From positions 512,001 through 576,000 of the forward strand of contig CBDCTZ010000012.1 of NCBI GenBank assembly GCA_965222375.1: 64,000 bases of DNA. Direction: 5' to 3'. The notes below the pieces were generated by a model, which was not told where the DNA came from, made no database searches, and worked only from the letters and a program-made list of their open reading frames with translations. Source of the DNA: Polyangiaceae bacterium (GTDB lineage Bacteria > Myxococcota_A > Polyangia > Polyangiales > Polyangiaceae). How positions within the stretch are numbered: position 1 is the stretch's first letter; each line of letters starts with the position of its first letter. Position numbers and translations under genes: made by a program. Positions 35,284-44,370 of the stretch are shown piece after piece.

Positions 35284-36602
35284 GCGAAGAGAACGATTCG
35301 ACTCAGTCCTCGGGTCACTCCCACGGCCATGCCCACGGTGGCCATGGCCAGGATGGGGAGGGACCCGTGGGCGCAGCGGCGTTGTCGCGCCCGGATCTGG
35401 ATGAGCTTGCTGGGCGCGACAGGTGGCTTCACTTCGACGCTCCCAGTGGCATTGCCGGCGACATGACCGTAGCCGCCCTCGTCAACTTGGGCGTGCCCTT
35501 CGACATTGTCACCGCAGCGGTGGCAAAAGTGGCGCCTGCCAACGTCAGCGTGCAGGTGGAAGCCGTGTTTCGTGGGGCAATCGCCGCCACGGCATTTCGC
35601 GTCCGTCCGCCCGCCGAAGACCGAGAACGAACGCTCGGAGAGATCCTCCAACTGCTAGAGGGTTCGGCTCTGGATCACGAGGTACTGGATCTGGCCAAGC
35701 GTATCTTCCTACGACTGGGTCACGCAGAAGCAAAGGTCCACCAGATCGAGCTGATGGACGTCGCTTTCCATGAAGTGGGCGCGATGGACGCCATCGTGGA
35801 CATCGTCGGCGCTGCGGCGTGTCTGCGATACCTGGGTGGGTCTGTTTCCGCCTCGCCACTGCCGGTAGGGCGAGGGTTCGTGGAGTGCCGCCACGGGGTT
35901 CTTCCGCTGCCTGCCCCGGCGACATTGGAATGTCTCACCGGCGTGCCGACCTACGATGGCGGAGTCGACGCTGAGCTGGTGACGCCCACTGGGGCCGCAA
36001 TCATCTCGACGGTTGCCACGGAGTTCTGTCGGTTCCCGAGTTGGACGCCTGAGCGAGTCGGTTGGGGAGCGGGGAGCCGTCTGCTTCCGGATCGTCCCAA
36101 CGCGCTCAGAGTGATCCTGGGCTCCAGGTCTGGCAGCGCAGCGGACGTGCAAGCGGGAACCCACGTGGTTGTTGAAGCCAATCTCGATGACGCCACGGGC
36201 GAACTCGTAGGTCACGCCATGAATGCGCTACTTCGTGCCGGCGCGTTGGATGTTTGGGTCACGCCATCAACAATGAAGAAGGGAAGGCCGGGACTGGTGC
36301 TGCATGGGCTCGCTCCTTTGGACCAAGCCGAGGCCCTCGCTGCGACGATGCTGAAGGAAACCCCGAGCATCGGCGTGCGCTGGAGCGTGCACTCCCGCCT
36401 GGAGCGCCCTCGGGCGATCTTGCACGTCGACACCCGCTTCGGCTCGGTGCCCGTGAAAGTGAGTGCTGGGCCGCACGGCCCTCCGGAGATCAAGCCCGAG
36501 TTTGACGTCTGCGCGAATTTGGCTGCGGACTGTGGTGTGTCCGTTCGCGAGGTGATCCGCAGCGCGCTAGATGCGGCGAGGGAACAAATCGAATCGGACT
36601 AG
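35280..36602 (+). CDS. larC: Nickel-pincer cofactor nickel insertase LarC
   Basis: SGIAGDM, AEAKVH..FHEVGAMDAIVDI, HGVLPLPAPAT, ELVTPTGAAI, EANLDD, MKKGRPG, PEFD; N-terminal His-rich tag. Confidence 0.95.
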   Translation: MSEENDSTQSSGHSHGHAHGGHGQDGEGPVGAAALSRPDLDELAGRDRWLHFDAPSGIAGDMTVAALVNLGVPFDIVTAAVAKVAPANVSVQVEAVFRGAIAATAFRVRPPAEDRERTLGEILQLLEGSALDHEVLDLAKRIFLRLGHAEAKVHQIELMDVAFHEVGAMDAIVDIVGAAACLRYLGGSVSASPLPVGRGFVECRHGVLPLPAPATLECLTGVPTYDGGVDAELVTPTGAAIISTVATEFCRFPSWTPERVGWGAGSRLLPDRPNALRVILGSRSGSAADVQAGTHVVVEANLDDATGELVGHAMNALLRAGALDVWVTPSTMKKGRPGLVLHGLAPLDQAEALAATMLKETPSIGVRWSVHSRLERPRAILHVDTRFGSVPVKVSAGPHGPPEIKPEFDVCANLAADCGVSVREVIRSALDAAREQIESD

Positions 36603-37240
36603 TCTGGCCGCTCGACGGGTAGCCCCGCAGCTTCCCAAGAGAGGACACCACCTTCTAGGAAGGAGACCGGCACGCCCTGCTCTGCCAACGTCTTCGCCAG
36701 GTCCTTGGTTTGGTCGCCGGAACGACAGTAGACCACTGGCGAGCCGGGCAACATGTGCAGCTCGGCCAGTCTAGTTGGCACCTCGTCCAGCGGGATGTTG
36801 ACCGCTGTGGGCAGGTGAGCGCGGGCAAATACCTGACTGTCTCGGGTGTCCACCAGACTCACCTGAGACCGCGTCAGCAGTGCTGCAACCTCCTCCGCTT
36901 TCAGGGCACCCTGTGCTCGAGGCAGATAGGGTTCGAGTAACTCTCGCAGCTCCGTCCGTCGGAGCGCACCCACCCGGCCACCCACTGGACGACCCTGGTG
37001 GAACACGGCGAAGGTTGGCACCGACTGCACGCCGAGCTCTCGTGCCAGAACTGGCGAGCGATCGATGTCCACGTGGGCGACCTTCGCTTTCCCCTCCAGC
37101 TCTTGGGCGACAGCGGCAATCTCGGGAGCTACGGTCTTGCACGGCCCGCACCATTCAGCGCCGAATTCCAGCAACACCGGCACTTCGCTCATCATTACTT
37201 CTTGTTCGAAATTCTGCTCTGTGATCGGGATGACGGCCAT
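36599..37240 (-). CDS. Thioredoxin-rhodanese fusion protein
   Basis: WCGPC thioredoxin domain; rhodanese motifs LVDTR, HLPTAVNIP, VVYCRSG, LEGGVLSW. Confidence 0.92.
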   Translation of the reverse strand: MAVIPITEQNFEQEVMMSEVPVLLEFGAEWCGPCKTVAPEIAAVAQELEGKAKVAHVDIDRSPVLARELGVQSVPTFAVFHQGRPVGGRVGALRRTELRELLEPYLPRAQGALKAEEVAALLTRSQVSLVDTRDSQVFARAHLPTAVNIPLDEVPTRLAELHMLPGSPVVYCRSGDQTKDLAKTLAEQGVPVSFLEGGVLSWEAAGLPVERPD

Positions 37241-37284
37241 GAACTAGCTCCGTGCGAGGGTATAGCGCGAAGCGCACCGTGTCG

Positions 37285-38046
37285 TCACCCGGGGGCGCTG
37301 CCAAGGCGGCGATGCGCTAGCCGTGGGTCGCTACCCTCGGCGCCAGCTTCCGCTAGGACGTAGAGAGCCCATGTGAGCAGCACTACCCCGGACGCGGACG
37401 CGAATAGGGTGCCCGACATCGTCCGCGTCGCGGGGTGAAGGAGGCTCCCCCAGGATGTCCAACCCGCCGCGTGGCGGAGTCCGACGAACGAGAGTGCGGC
37501 TTCCACACCAACGGCATAGGCGGCCGTCAGGGCAGAGTTGACGGCCACGGGGCGAAGGCAGTGGGGCAGGACGTGTCGGGACAAGGTGCGGAAGGACGAG
37601 GCCCCGAGAGCGCGAGCGGCCAAGACGAAGTCTTCGGATGCCACGCGGCGTATTTCTCCGCGAACGACTCGTGCCAGCTCAACACCCCGAAGTAGTCCCA
37701 AGCAAACACCGAGCAGAGTCAAACTCCCCGCGGGCCATGACACGACGATGCCGGCCACTACCAGGATGGGGAGCGTGCTCGTGAGTTCCACTCCCCGGGA
37801 CAACGCTGCGTCCGCGCGACGACCCCACCAGCCAGCAAGACTACCGGCCACCACCCCCAGGAGAGCTGACACTCCGGTCGCCAGCAGCCCGATCCATACT
37901 GCGGTCCGAGTGCCGAGGAAGACGGCGCCAACGCCTCGGCCAGCTCCGGGATCGAGCGCGATCTGTGCGACCGCCGCGACAAGCAGAAAAGCGATCACCG
38001 CGGCTGCGGCAAACCGAACCTTCGCGTTGGATTGCGGCCCAATCAT
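37285..38046 (-). CDS. ABC transporter permease, OppC/DppC-like
   Basis: GTRTAV.IG, EAA loop DFVLAARALGAS...HVLP, EAALSFVGL, SWG. Confidence 0.88.
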   Translation of the reverse strand: MIGPQSNAKVRFAAAAVIAFLLVAAVAQIALDPGAGRGVGAVFLGTRTAVWIGLLATGVSALLGVVAGSLAGWWGRRADAALSRGVELTSTLPILVVAGIVVSWPAGSLTLLGVCLGLLRGVELARVVRGEIRRVASEDFVLAARALGASSFRTLSRHVLPHCLRPVAVNSALTAAYAVGVEAALSFVGLRHAAGWTSWGSLLHPATRTMSGTLFASASGVVLLTWALYVLAEAGAEGSDPRLAHRRLGSAPG

Positions 38047-39521
38047 GGCCGGTCTCCGGTGCGCTCGAACGTCGTGCCGCTCACCCGAGGGTCGAGGCGT
38101 GCCAGTGCCGCATCGCTGGCGATCTGCAAGAGCGCAGACACCGTCATCACGCTGAGCCCCACGGCCATCAGCCAGCTCGTATCACCGTCGTGAATCGCGG
38201 CTATCGTTGTTGGGCCAAGACCCTGCAGGTTCAGCGCGTGCTCCACCACGAAGCTTAGGGACATCAGTGTGGGGATCTCCCTTCCCAATAGCGATAGCAC
38301 CGCGCTGCTGGCTCCACGGCTGGACCGCCATGCCACACCGAGTTCGTCGAAGCCGAAGGCGCGGCGAGTTCGCGCGTGATCGAACAGCACTTGTTCCCGC
38401 ACCGCCGTCCGCTGATAGCGCGAAAGCAGGGCAGCGGTGGCGAGGCTCATCAGGGAGACCCCGAATCCGAAGCGGATCGCAAAGGGTGCATCCGCGAGCC
38501 CAAGCCCAGCGAGCAAGGAGATGGGGAGCGCCACCAAGACCAACGCGATGGGGGTCACCACCCCGTCGATGGATCGCCGAACCGCCGACCACGTCCCGAC
38601 GAGCAGCCCGCCTCCATAGCTCGCGATGAGGGCCAGGACCAACAGGGCAAGAGTCACCGGCGCGCGAGATGCGAGCACATCGAGCACAGGGTCGCCCCGA
38701 GCCGTGTGCCCGAGGCGCGAATACACGGCGTTCTGGGCCCATCGTCCGTATTGGGTCTCCGTCACCATTGCGAGCAGCCGTTCGGGGCCGTCAAGGGAAA
38801 CGTAGTCGAGGCGATTGTCCCGCCACCAACGCCGCCAAACCTGGCGCTTGGAGCGAGCCTCGGCCTGGCTGGCATTCGGGTCGAGGGACCAAGGAAGTGA
38901 CGTCACGTGGGCAAGTAGCGCAGTTACCCGTGCGACGCGCTTGACGTCCTCGGGGCCCTTGACGCTGGGCAGCGCGGCGATCAGCTCGGGCAGGGCGTAG
39001 GTATCCAGACCAATCACGTCGTCGCGGCGGCCATCGCTGGCGCGACGCGCCATGCGCCGCACCGCGCGTTTGGCCACTCCCGGGCGATAGTCGATGGAGC
39101 GATCCTGCCAAAAACGATTCCAAAACAAGACCGCCGTTTCCGGATTGTTCAACTCCTCTCGGGAGCCGAGCCCAAGGCGTTTCGCAATCGGTGCCAGCGC
39201 CAAGGCCACTCTTGCCCGGGCGGCTGGGGGTAGGGCGTCCAGTTCGGGCAGCACGTGCGGAAACGCCGCGCCGCCAATGCGAACGAGTTCAGGCGCTGCG
39301 GCCTTTGCGTCGGATCCGCCCTGGGCGATACGCTGCACCAAGGCCTGGGATTTCTGGCGGACGGATAGGGGGTTTGGTTCGAAGAACCGCGGTAGCGGTC
39401 GTGCCTGGCTTCCGCCATCGGGGCTTCCTTGCCCCCCGACGCGGAGGAAGGCGAACAGTAGCACCGACATCACCACGAGCGTTGGCCCGATCCACAGGAC
39501 GCGCCTGAGGGTATGCCGCAT
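38043..39521 (-). CDS. ABC transporter permease, OppB/DppB-like, with large inserted domain
   Basis: N-terminal LRRVLWIGPTLVVMS, QYGRW, RAPVTLAL, RTRRAFG, VEHALNLQGLG, LDPRV. Confidence 0.82.
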   Translation of the reverse strand: MRHTLRRVLWIGPTLVVMSVLLFAFLRVGGQGSPDGGSQARPLPRFFEPNPLSVRQKSQALVQRIAQGGSDAKAAAPELVRIGGAAFPHVLPELDALPPAARARVALALAPIAKRLGLGSREELNNPETAVLFWNRFWQDRSIDYRPGVAKRAVRRMARRASDGRRDDVIGLDTYALPELIAALPSVKGPEDVKRVARVTALLAHVTSLPWSLDPNASQAEARSKRQVWRRWWRDNRLDYVSLDGPERLLAMVTETQYGRWAQNAVYSRLGHTARGDPVLDVLASRAPVTLALLVLALIASYGGGLLVGTWSAVRRSIDGVVTPIALVLVALPISLLAGLGLADAPFAIRFGFGVSLMSLATAALLSRYQRTAVREQVLFDHARTRRAFGFDELGVAWRSSRGASSAVLSLLGREIPTLMSLSFVVEHALNLQGLGPTTIAAIHDGDTSWLMAVGLSVMTVSALLQIASDAALARLDPRVSGTTFERTGDRP

Positions 39522-39530
39522 GACCTACCG

Positions 39531-40766
39531 TCAGCGCAGGAACACGAAGCCCGTGACGGCGACCACCAACAGCACCCCCAGCACGGTCAGGCCCACGACG
39601 TGGGGTGGCCACCCTGTCGTGGGAATGTCGACGGGCTCTTCGTCTAGATCGAATACCGGCGGTGGGGTCGAGGGAACTCCGGATTTCTCGGGTCGGCTCT
39701 CGCCGTCTTCGTCTCTGAGCACCGGGCTGGTCATACCCAGCATCGTGTGACCGACACGCAGCGAGCGAGACTCACGGGCCGCTTCATCACTGACTTCACC
39801 GGTTTCGACGTCCTCCGCGTGGACGGCTTGGGCGCGCATCGTCGAGTCCGCCGAGGGAACCTCGGGGAGCGCGTACTTCCGGTACGCGAGCTTGTCTTCC
39901 GCAGAAGCCTCTTGCACGCCGTCACCGTCGAAACGGGCGACGATCACGGTGATATTGTCGTGGCCGCCAGCCAGATTGGCGCGCTCGGTCAAGACTTTGC
40001 AGGCCTCCAATGGGTCGGGCACCGCCAGCAGGACCTCCCGCATTTCGTCGGCGCGAATCATGCCACTCAAGCCGTCCGAGCAGACCATTAGCGTGTCGTT
40101 CTTGCGAAGTTCGACATGGGTGAGGTCGACCTGGACCGTGTCAGCCGTTCCAAGCGCCTGGAGAATGATGTTGTTGTGCTCGAAGGTCTCCGCCTCCTCC
40201 TCGGTCAGCTGCCCAGCCTCGATCAGCTGATTGACCAAGGATTGATCCCGAGTGACCTGCACTAGCTTCTCGCCGCGAAGGATGTAGGCGCGGCTGTCAC
40301 CTACCTGGGCTACGAAAAGAGTTTCGTCGAGGAGCGCGGCGATGGTCGCCGTGGTGCCCATTCCGCGGCGAGTGCGATCCGCTCGGGCCTCGTTGAAGAT
40401 TCGCACTCCCGCGTCCTCTACCGCATTGACGAGGCGCCGCGCGAGTTCGTCCTTCTCCAGTGGGGGCTCGCCCTCTGTCAGCCGCTCGTAAATGATATCG
40501 ACTGCTAGCTGGCTCGCGACTTCGCCCGCGGCCGCGCCGCCCATTCCGTCACAGACGCCCAGCACCGTGCCTCGCCGTCCGACAACCTGCTTGCGGTCCC
40601 CCTCCATCAAGCTGCGCGACTTGCGGGTGAGATCTGCAACGAGGAAGTTGTCCTCGTTGTGCTCGCGGATCTGCCCCACGTCGGTTCGACCGAAGACGTG
40701 CATGTGGATCCCCGCCTCCGCGGATTCGGCGGTCTTGGAGGACTGGTCCTTGTCGTCGTCGCTCAT
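39531..40766 (-). CDS. PP2C-type Ser/Thr phosphatase (Stp1/IreP-like) with C-terminal TM
   Basis: TDVGQIREHNED, CDGMGG..AGEVAS, MGTT, VGDSRAY, CSDGL, GGHDNIT. Confidence 0.96.
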   Translation of the reverse strand: MSDDDKDQSSKTAESAEAGIHMHVFGRTDVGQIREHNEDNFLVADLTRKSRSLMEGDRKQVVGRRGTVLGVCDGMGGAAAGEVASQLAVDIIYERLTEGEPPLEKDELARRLVNAVEDAGVRIFNEARADRTRRGMGTTATIAALLDETLFVAQVGDSRAYILRGEKLVQVTRDQSLVNQLIEAGQLTEEEAETFEHNNIILQALGTADTVQVDLTHVELRKNDTLMVCSDGLSGMIRADEMREVLLAVPDPLEACKVLTERANLAGGHDNITVIVARFDGDGVQEASAEDKLAYRKYALPEVPSADSTMRAQAVHAEDVETGEVSDEAARESRSLRVGHTMLGMTSPVLRDEDGESRPEKSGVPSTPPPVFDLDEEPVDIPTTGWPPHVVGLTVLGVLLVVAVTGFVFLR

Positions 40767-40767
40767 T

Positions 40768-42018
40768 TCACACTCGAGCGCCCGGCTGCAGCTCAATCCG
40801 GAACAGATGTTGCCCGATTCGCACGTGGTCTCCGTCCTCTAGAGCACGCTCTTGGCGCAGTGCCAAGAACGTCCCGTTGGAGGACCCCAAATCCCTCAAG
40901 GAAAACGACCCATCCGTCGGGTTGCGGGTGATGGCGGCGTGACGACGGCTCATGAACGGGTCTGCCGTGAATACGATATCCCCGTTCTCACGTCCGACGA
41001 CGGTTTCGTCCCGGCAAACATAGTAGACGTCGCGCCCAACGCCTTCGACGGTGCGCTGGCGCAGGCGCGCGAAGCGCGATGTCGCAGGCGACCCAAAAAC
41101 CTGCGTTCCCTGCTCCACCGCGGGCCCGAAGCCCTTCTCGGCGTCGTTCACGACCTCGAACCTTAACACCTCAAGGCCCACCAGGACCAAGTCCCCATGC
41201 AGCAAGGGGGCGGCGGCCTTCAAGCGCATATAAACGCCGTTGGTTGAGCCCAAATCTCGCAGGAAATAGCGGTTGTCTCGGCGGATAATGCGTGCGTGCC
41301 TAGGCGAAACATAGGGATCGTTGGGCAGTCGAATCTCGCCACCCTCACGCCCCACGTCGGTCTGGTCGCCGGCCAGCTCATACTCGCGACCGGGTGATCC
41401 ATCTTGAGCGATGACCACGAGTCGAGCACCGAGGATGGCCGGGTCAGGTGCTGGATAGCGGTTCGTTGCGCTGGGGTCTGGCGCAGCTGCACGGCGCGCT
41501 CGCGGGTGGTTGGGCGCTTCGGGTTCATGCAACTTCGGCACGGGAGCGGCGTTCGCCTTCTCGTCCGGGACGGCCGGCTCGGCTTCACCGAGACGGGCGC
41601 CGCAGTACTGACAGTACGCTGTCTGCGGTCGGTTCTTTCCACGGCAGCGCGGACACACGATGTCCTCGACATTGGGCTTTGGCGCGCCGACACCCACTAC
41701 CGGTGAACCGGCCAGGGCTTGGGCGCTGGCGCCACTGACCTCTATGGGGCCGCCGCATTCCGCGCAAAAGCGTGCTTCGGCTGGATTGCGAGCGCCGCAG
41801 CGCGCGCAGGGGATTTCAGATGTCCGCGCGTCCGGGGGTGCGAAGTCAAATTGCGGGGCTGGGGGGCGAGGGCGCGGCGGTGAGGCGTCATCGCCCACTT
41901 CGAGAGCTCGTGGTGGCGTGGCCATGGAGGCGCGCGGCGGTGCCTGCAGGCGATTGCCGCAGTCCTGACAGAACCTCAGGTCACCCGGGTTGTCCCGGCC
42001 GCAACGGTCACACTTCAC
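40768..42018 (-). CDS. Triple zinc-ribbon + double FHA domain protein
   Basis: Three CxxC-x10-CxxCG ribbons; two FHA domains (VGRE..DPYVSPRHA..DLGSTNG; VGRE..DPFMSRRHA..DLGSSNGT). Confidence 0.93.
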   Translation of the reverse strand: MKCDRCGRDNPGDLRFCQDCGNRLQAPPRASMATPPRALEVGDDASPPRPRPPAPQFDFAPPDARTSEIPCARCGARNPAEARFCAECGGPIEVSGASAQALAGSPVVGVGAPKPNVEDIVCPRCRGKNRPQTAYCQYCGARLGEAEPAVPDEKANAAPVPKLHEPEAPNHPRARRAAAPDPSATNRYPAPDPAILGARLVVIAQDGSPGREYELAGDQTDVGREGGEIRLPNDPYVSPRHARIIRRDNRYFLRDLGSTNGVYMRLKAAAPLLHGDLVLVGLEVLRFEVVNDAEKGFGPAVEQGTQVFGSPATSRFARLRQRTVEGVGRDVYYVCRDETVVGRENGDIVFTADPFMSRRHAAITRNPTDGSFSLRDLGSSNGTFLALRQERALEDGDHVRIGQHLFRIELQPGARV

Positions 42019-42065
42019 GGACCGGAAGAGGAGCGCGCAAGGAGAAGCGAGTCAAGAGCAGTATT

Positions 42066-42716
42066 CTACCAGCGCGGGAGCGGTTCCCTGACTTCGAGGG
42101 TCAACTCCAAAAACGCGCCGTGGGCCATGCCGAATCCGAGGTATTCGTCCGCTCGCTGCTGCCCCGCAGAATCCGTCCAACCCCTGAAAATGAAGGGTCG
42201 ATACCCCAATGCCGCGCCCACGACTGCTGTGCGACTGAGCTGCAGCTCCAATCCACCACCCAGCGCGGCAGTGACCCCGCCCGTATCCGCGCCCCATTCG
42301 CTGCCATACAGCATGGCTCCGAAGCCGAAACCCACGTAGGGCGTGATCCGGGAGCCCTGGTCCAAATAGTAGCGCGCCTCTGCCCGGAACTGCTGCAGAA
42401 TTGCCAGGCGGAGCAAGTTCGAGGATTCATGGCGCGAGGCCTCATAGGCCCCTCCCACGTACCAGCGGCCCCTCGCGCGATAGCCGACGCGAACCGTTAG
42501 ACCACCGCCGGAGCCGAATATGCACGGCGCCACCGCCCCTTCAGGGCAGACGTTGCTGGCGGCCGCGATGGCTTCTCCGGCAAAAGCCACCCCATACTGT
42601 AGGTAATCGAAGCTCGACGACGGAGGTCGCCGCTGCAAGGGATCGCCGTCGGTGGCACTGGCGATGCCTGCTTGACCGGCAATCACCGCCGCGAGGGGTA
42701 GCAGCGGGGTTCTCAC
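42066..42716 (-). CDS. Secreted probable outer-membrane beta-barrel protein
   Basis: Signal-like N-terminus from GTG 42716; strands RVGYR, EARYY, PYVGFGFG, LGGGLELQL; terminal W. Confidence 0.7.
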   Translation of the reverse strand: MRTPLLPLAAVIAGQAGIASATDGDPLQRRPPSSSFDYLQYGVAFAGEAIAAASNVCPEGAVAPCIFGSGGGLTVRVGYRARGRWYVGGAYEASRHESSNLLRLAILQQFRAEARYYLDQGSRITPYVGFGFGAMLYGSEWGADTGGVTAALGGGLELQLSRTAVVGAALGYRPFIFRGWTDSAGQQRADEYLGFGMAHGAFLELTLEVREPLPRW

Positions 42717-42844
42717 ACGCCTGACCGTACTCCAAGTCAGCGTCGGATGCCTGGTCTCTACCCCAGCACTGGGCTCGCCTCGCTGGGCCCCAGCGTCGTT
42801 TCCGCCCAAATCGTGGGCTGAGTGCCCGGGACGTTAAGCTGGGC

Positions 42845-42872
42845 TTGACGGCGCGAACGCCATTCGTTTAAT
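42845..42872 (+). promoter_or_regulatory. Possible sigma70 promoter
   Basis: TTGACG-N16-TTTAAT, about 30 nt upstream of ATG 42902. Confidence 0.45.
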
Positions 42873-42901
42873 GGCGGTGCAAAAAACAGGGCAAGACTTC
42901 G

Positions 42902-43279
42902 ATGGACATTTACTTGGACCGGCGAGCTGTGCGCCAGATTCGCTTATCCGCGCAAGAGGCGGTTGATGAGGGGGACACCGAGTCGCTGCGCGAAGACATT
43001 CTTGAAGCTTTTACTGAAGACCAGGTCGAGGAAATCGAGCGTCGGCTGGACAATGGCGACTTCTTCGAATTCCTCACGGACATCATTGACGAATGGGCTG
43101 GCGACGATGTCGACGAGTTATTCGAGCTTCTGGAGACTCAGTTGAGCGAGGTTGGCATCGATCTGAAAACCGATCAGAAAGATGACGACGACGATGACGA
43201 TGACGATGACGAGGCGCTGGACGGCGATTCAGACGATATGGACGGCGACCTCGACGACGACTTCGCGGATGAAGACTGA
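42902..43279 (+). CDS. Small, extremely acidic hypothetical protein
   Basis: 125 aa, D/E-rich helical core plus poly-Asp tail; own promoter-like motif upstream. Confidence 0.8.
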   Translation: MDIYLDRRAVRQIRLSAQEAVDEGDTESLREDILEAFTEDQVEEIERRLDNGDFFEFLTDIIDEWAGDDVDELFELLETQLSEVGIDLKTDQKDDDDDDDDDDEALDGDSDDMDGDLDDDFADED

Positions 43280-44370
43280 AGCTCTCTGACCTCCCGTCGA
43301 ATGTACGCTCGGCAGGAGCGAGGTGCCTTCGGCGCGTTGGGGCACACCAGTCGGGTACATGCGGCGTAGCGAGAGTCGGGCAGTTCCTTCACCAAAAGCC
43401 GCGCGGCGTCACAGGCGCGCTCTTCGCGCCCCAATCGCATCGCAAGCAGGGATTCACGCCAAAGGGCGTCGTCCCTTAGCAGGCTGTGCTTGTGGTCGTT
43501 GAACACGCGGCGGAATTCGGTGAGTGCTGCGTCCATGCTACCCATGGCCTCCAGAATCGCGGCGCGCTCGAGCCGTGCTTGGGCGTAGATCGGCTTTTCA
43601 TAGCTTCCTTGTAGATCTGCGGATTCCCGCTCCTTCAGCAGGCGGCCCAAGTGCTTCAACGCTTGCCCCGGTCGGCCCAGCTGTCGCTCGATTCCCGCCG
43701 CGCGGAACAGAGCGTCGTCCCAGTAGGCTCCGTGGGGATAGGGGAAGCGCCTGGCGACGGACAAGTAGCCCCCGAGGGAAGCTGCCAGTTCGCCTTCCTG
43801 TTGTTTCAGCCTGGCAACCCGGTATCCGAGGAACTCTTCGACTGCATGACCTCGGGTTTTGTGCTGCATGGCGTCTGCCCACTTGGCAGCGGACGCCGCC
43901 CCGTCTCGGTTCTCAAGGTGCAGCATGTAGCGTTCGGCAGCGTGCATCGCGAGCCCAGATGTGGGCCGCTCTCGCACGAAGTCCGCCATCCGTTGGAATC
44001 CGAGCTGGGTGTCGCCTGCTTCGATGGACATGTCTGCGAGATCGTAGGCCGCGCGATCGACCCGATGGCTCTTCGGGTACTTGGTGATCAGCAATGACAG
44101 TGCGCTCCGCGCCTGACGCACTCTGCCAGCGCGGCGCAAGCTGACGGCACGGCGATACATGGCATCAGCCTGATCCTTCGAGCGTTCTGCACGCTGCATC
44201 GCCTTCCGCCAATGGGCGGCGGCTTCGTCGTAGCGCCCGTGGGCGTAGGCGCGCTGAGCTGCGGCGCGCGCCTCCAGGTAGGGCTTCGGCAAGGACGGAC
44301 CACAACCGAGTTGGACGGCGAAGCTGAGAAGCGCGAGCAATCCGAGCGCAATGGTTCGAAGGTGCGTCAT
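43174..44370 (-). CDS. TPR-repeat lipoprotein
   Basis: Lipobox VQLGC; repeated TPR-like units (YPKS..DRAAYDLA, FPYP..DDALFRAA, HSLLRDDALW). Confidence 0.85.
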   Translation of the reverse strand: MTHLRTIALGLLALLSFAVQLGCGPSLPKPYLEARAAAQRAYAHGRYDEAAAHWRKAMQRAERSKDQADAMYRRAVSLRRAGRVRQARSALSLLITKYPKSHRVDRAAYDLADMSIEAGDTQLGFQRMADFVRERPTSGLAMHAAERYMLHLENRDGAASAAKWADAMQHKTRGHAVEEFLGYRVARLKQQEGELAASLGGYLSVARRFPYPHGAYWDDALFRAAGIERQLGRPGQALKHLGRLLKERESADLQGSYEKPIYAQARLERAAILEAMGSMDAALTEFRRVFNDHKHSLLRDDALWRESLLAMRLGREERACDAARLLVKELPDSRYAACTRLVCPNAPKAPRSCRAYIRREVRELQSSSAKSSSRSPSISSESPSSASSSSSSSSSSSF

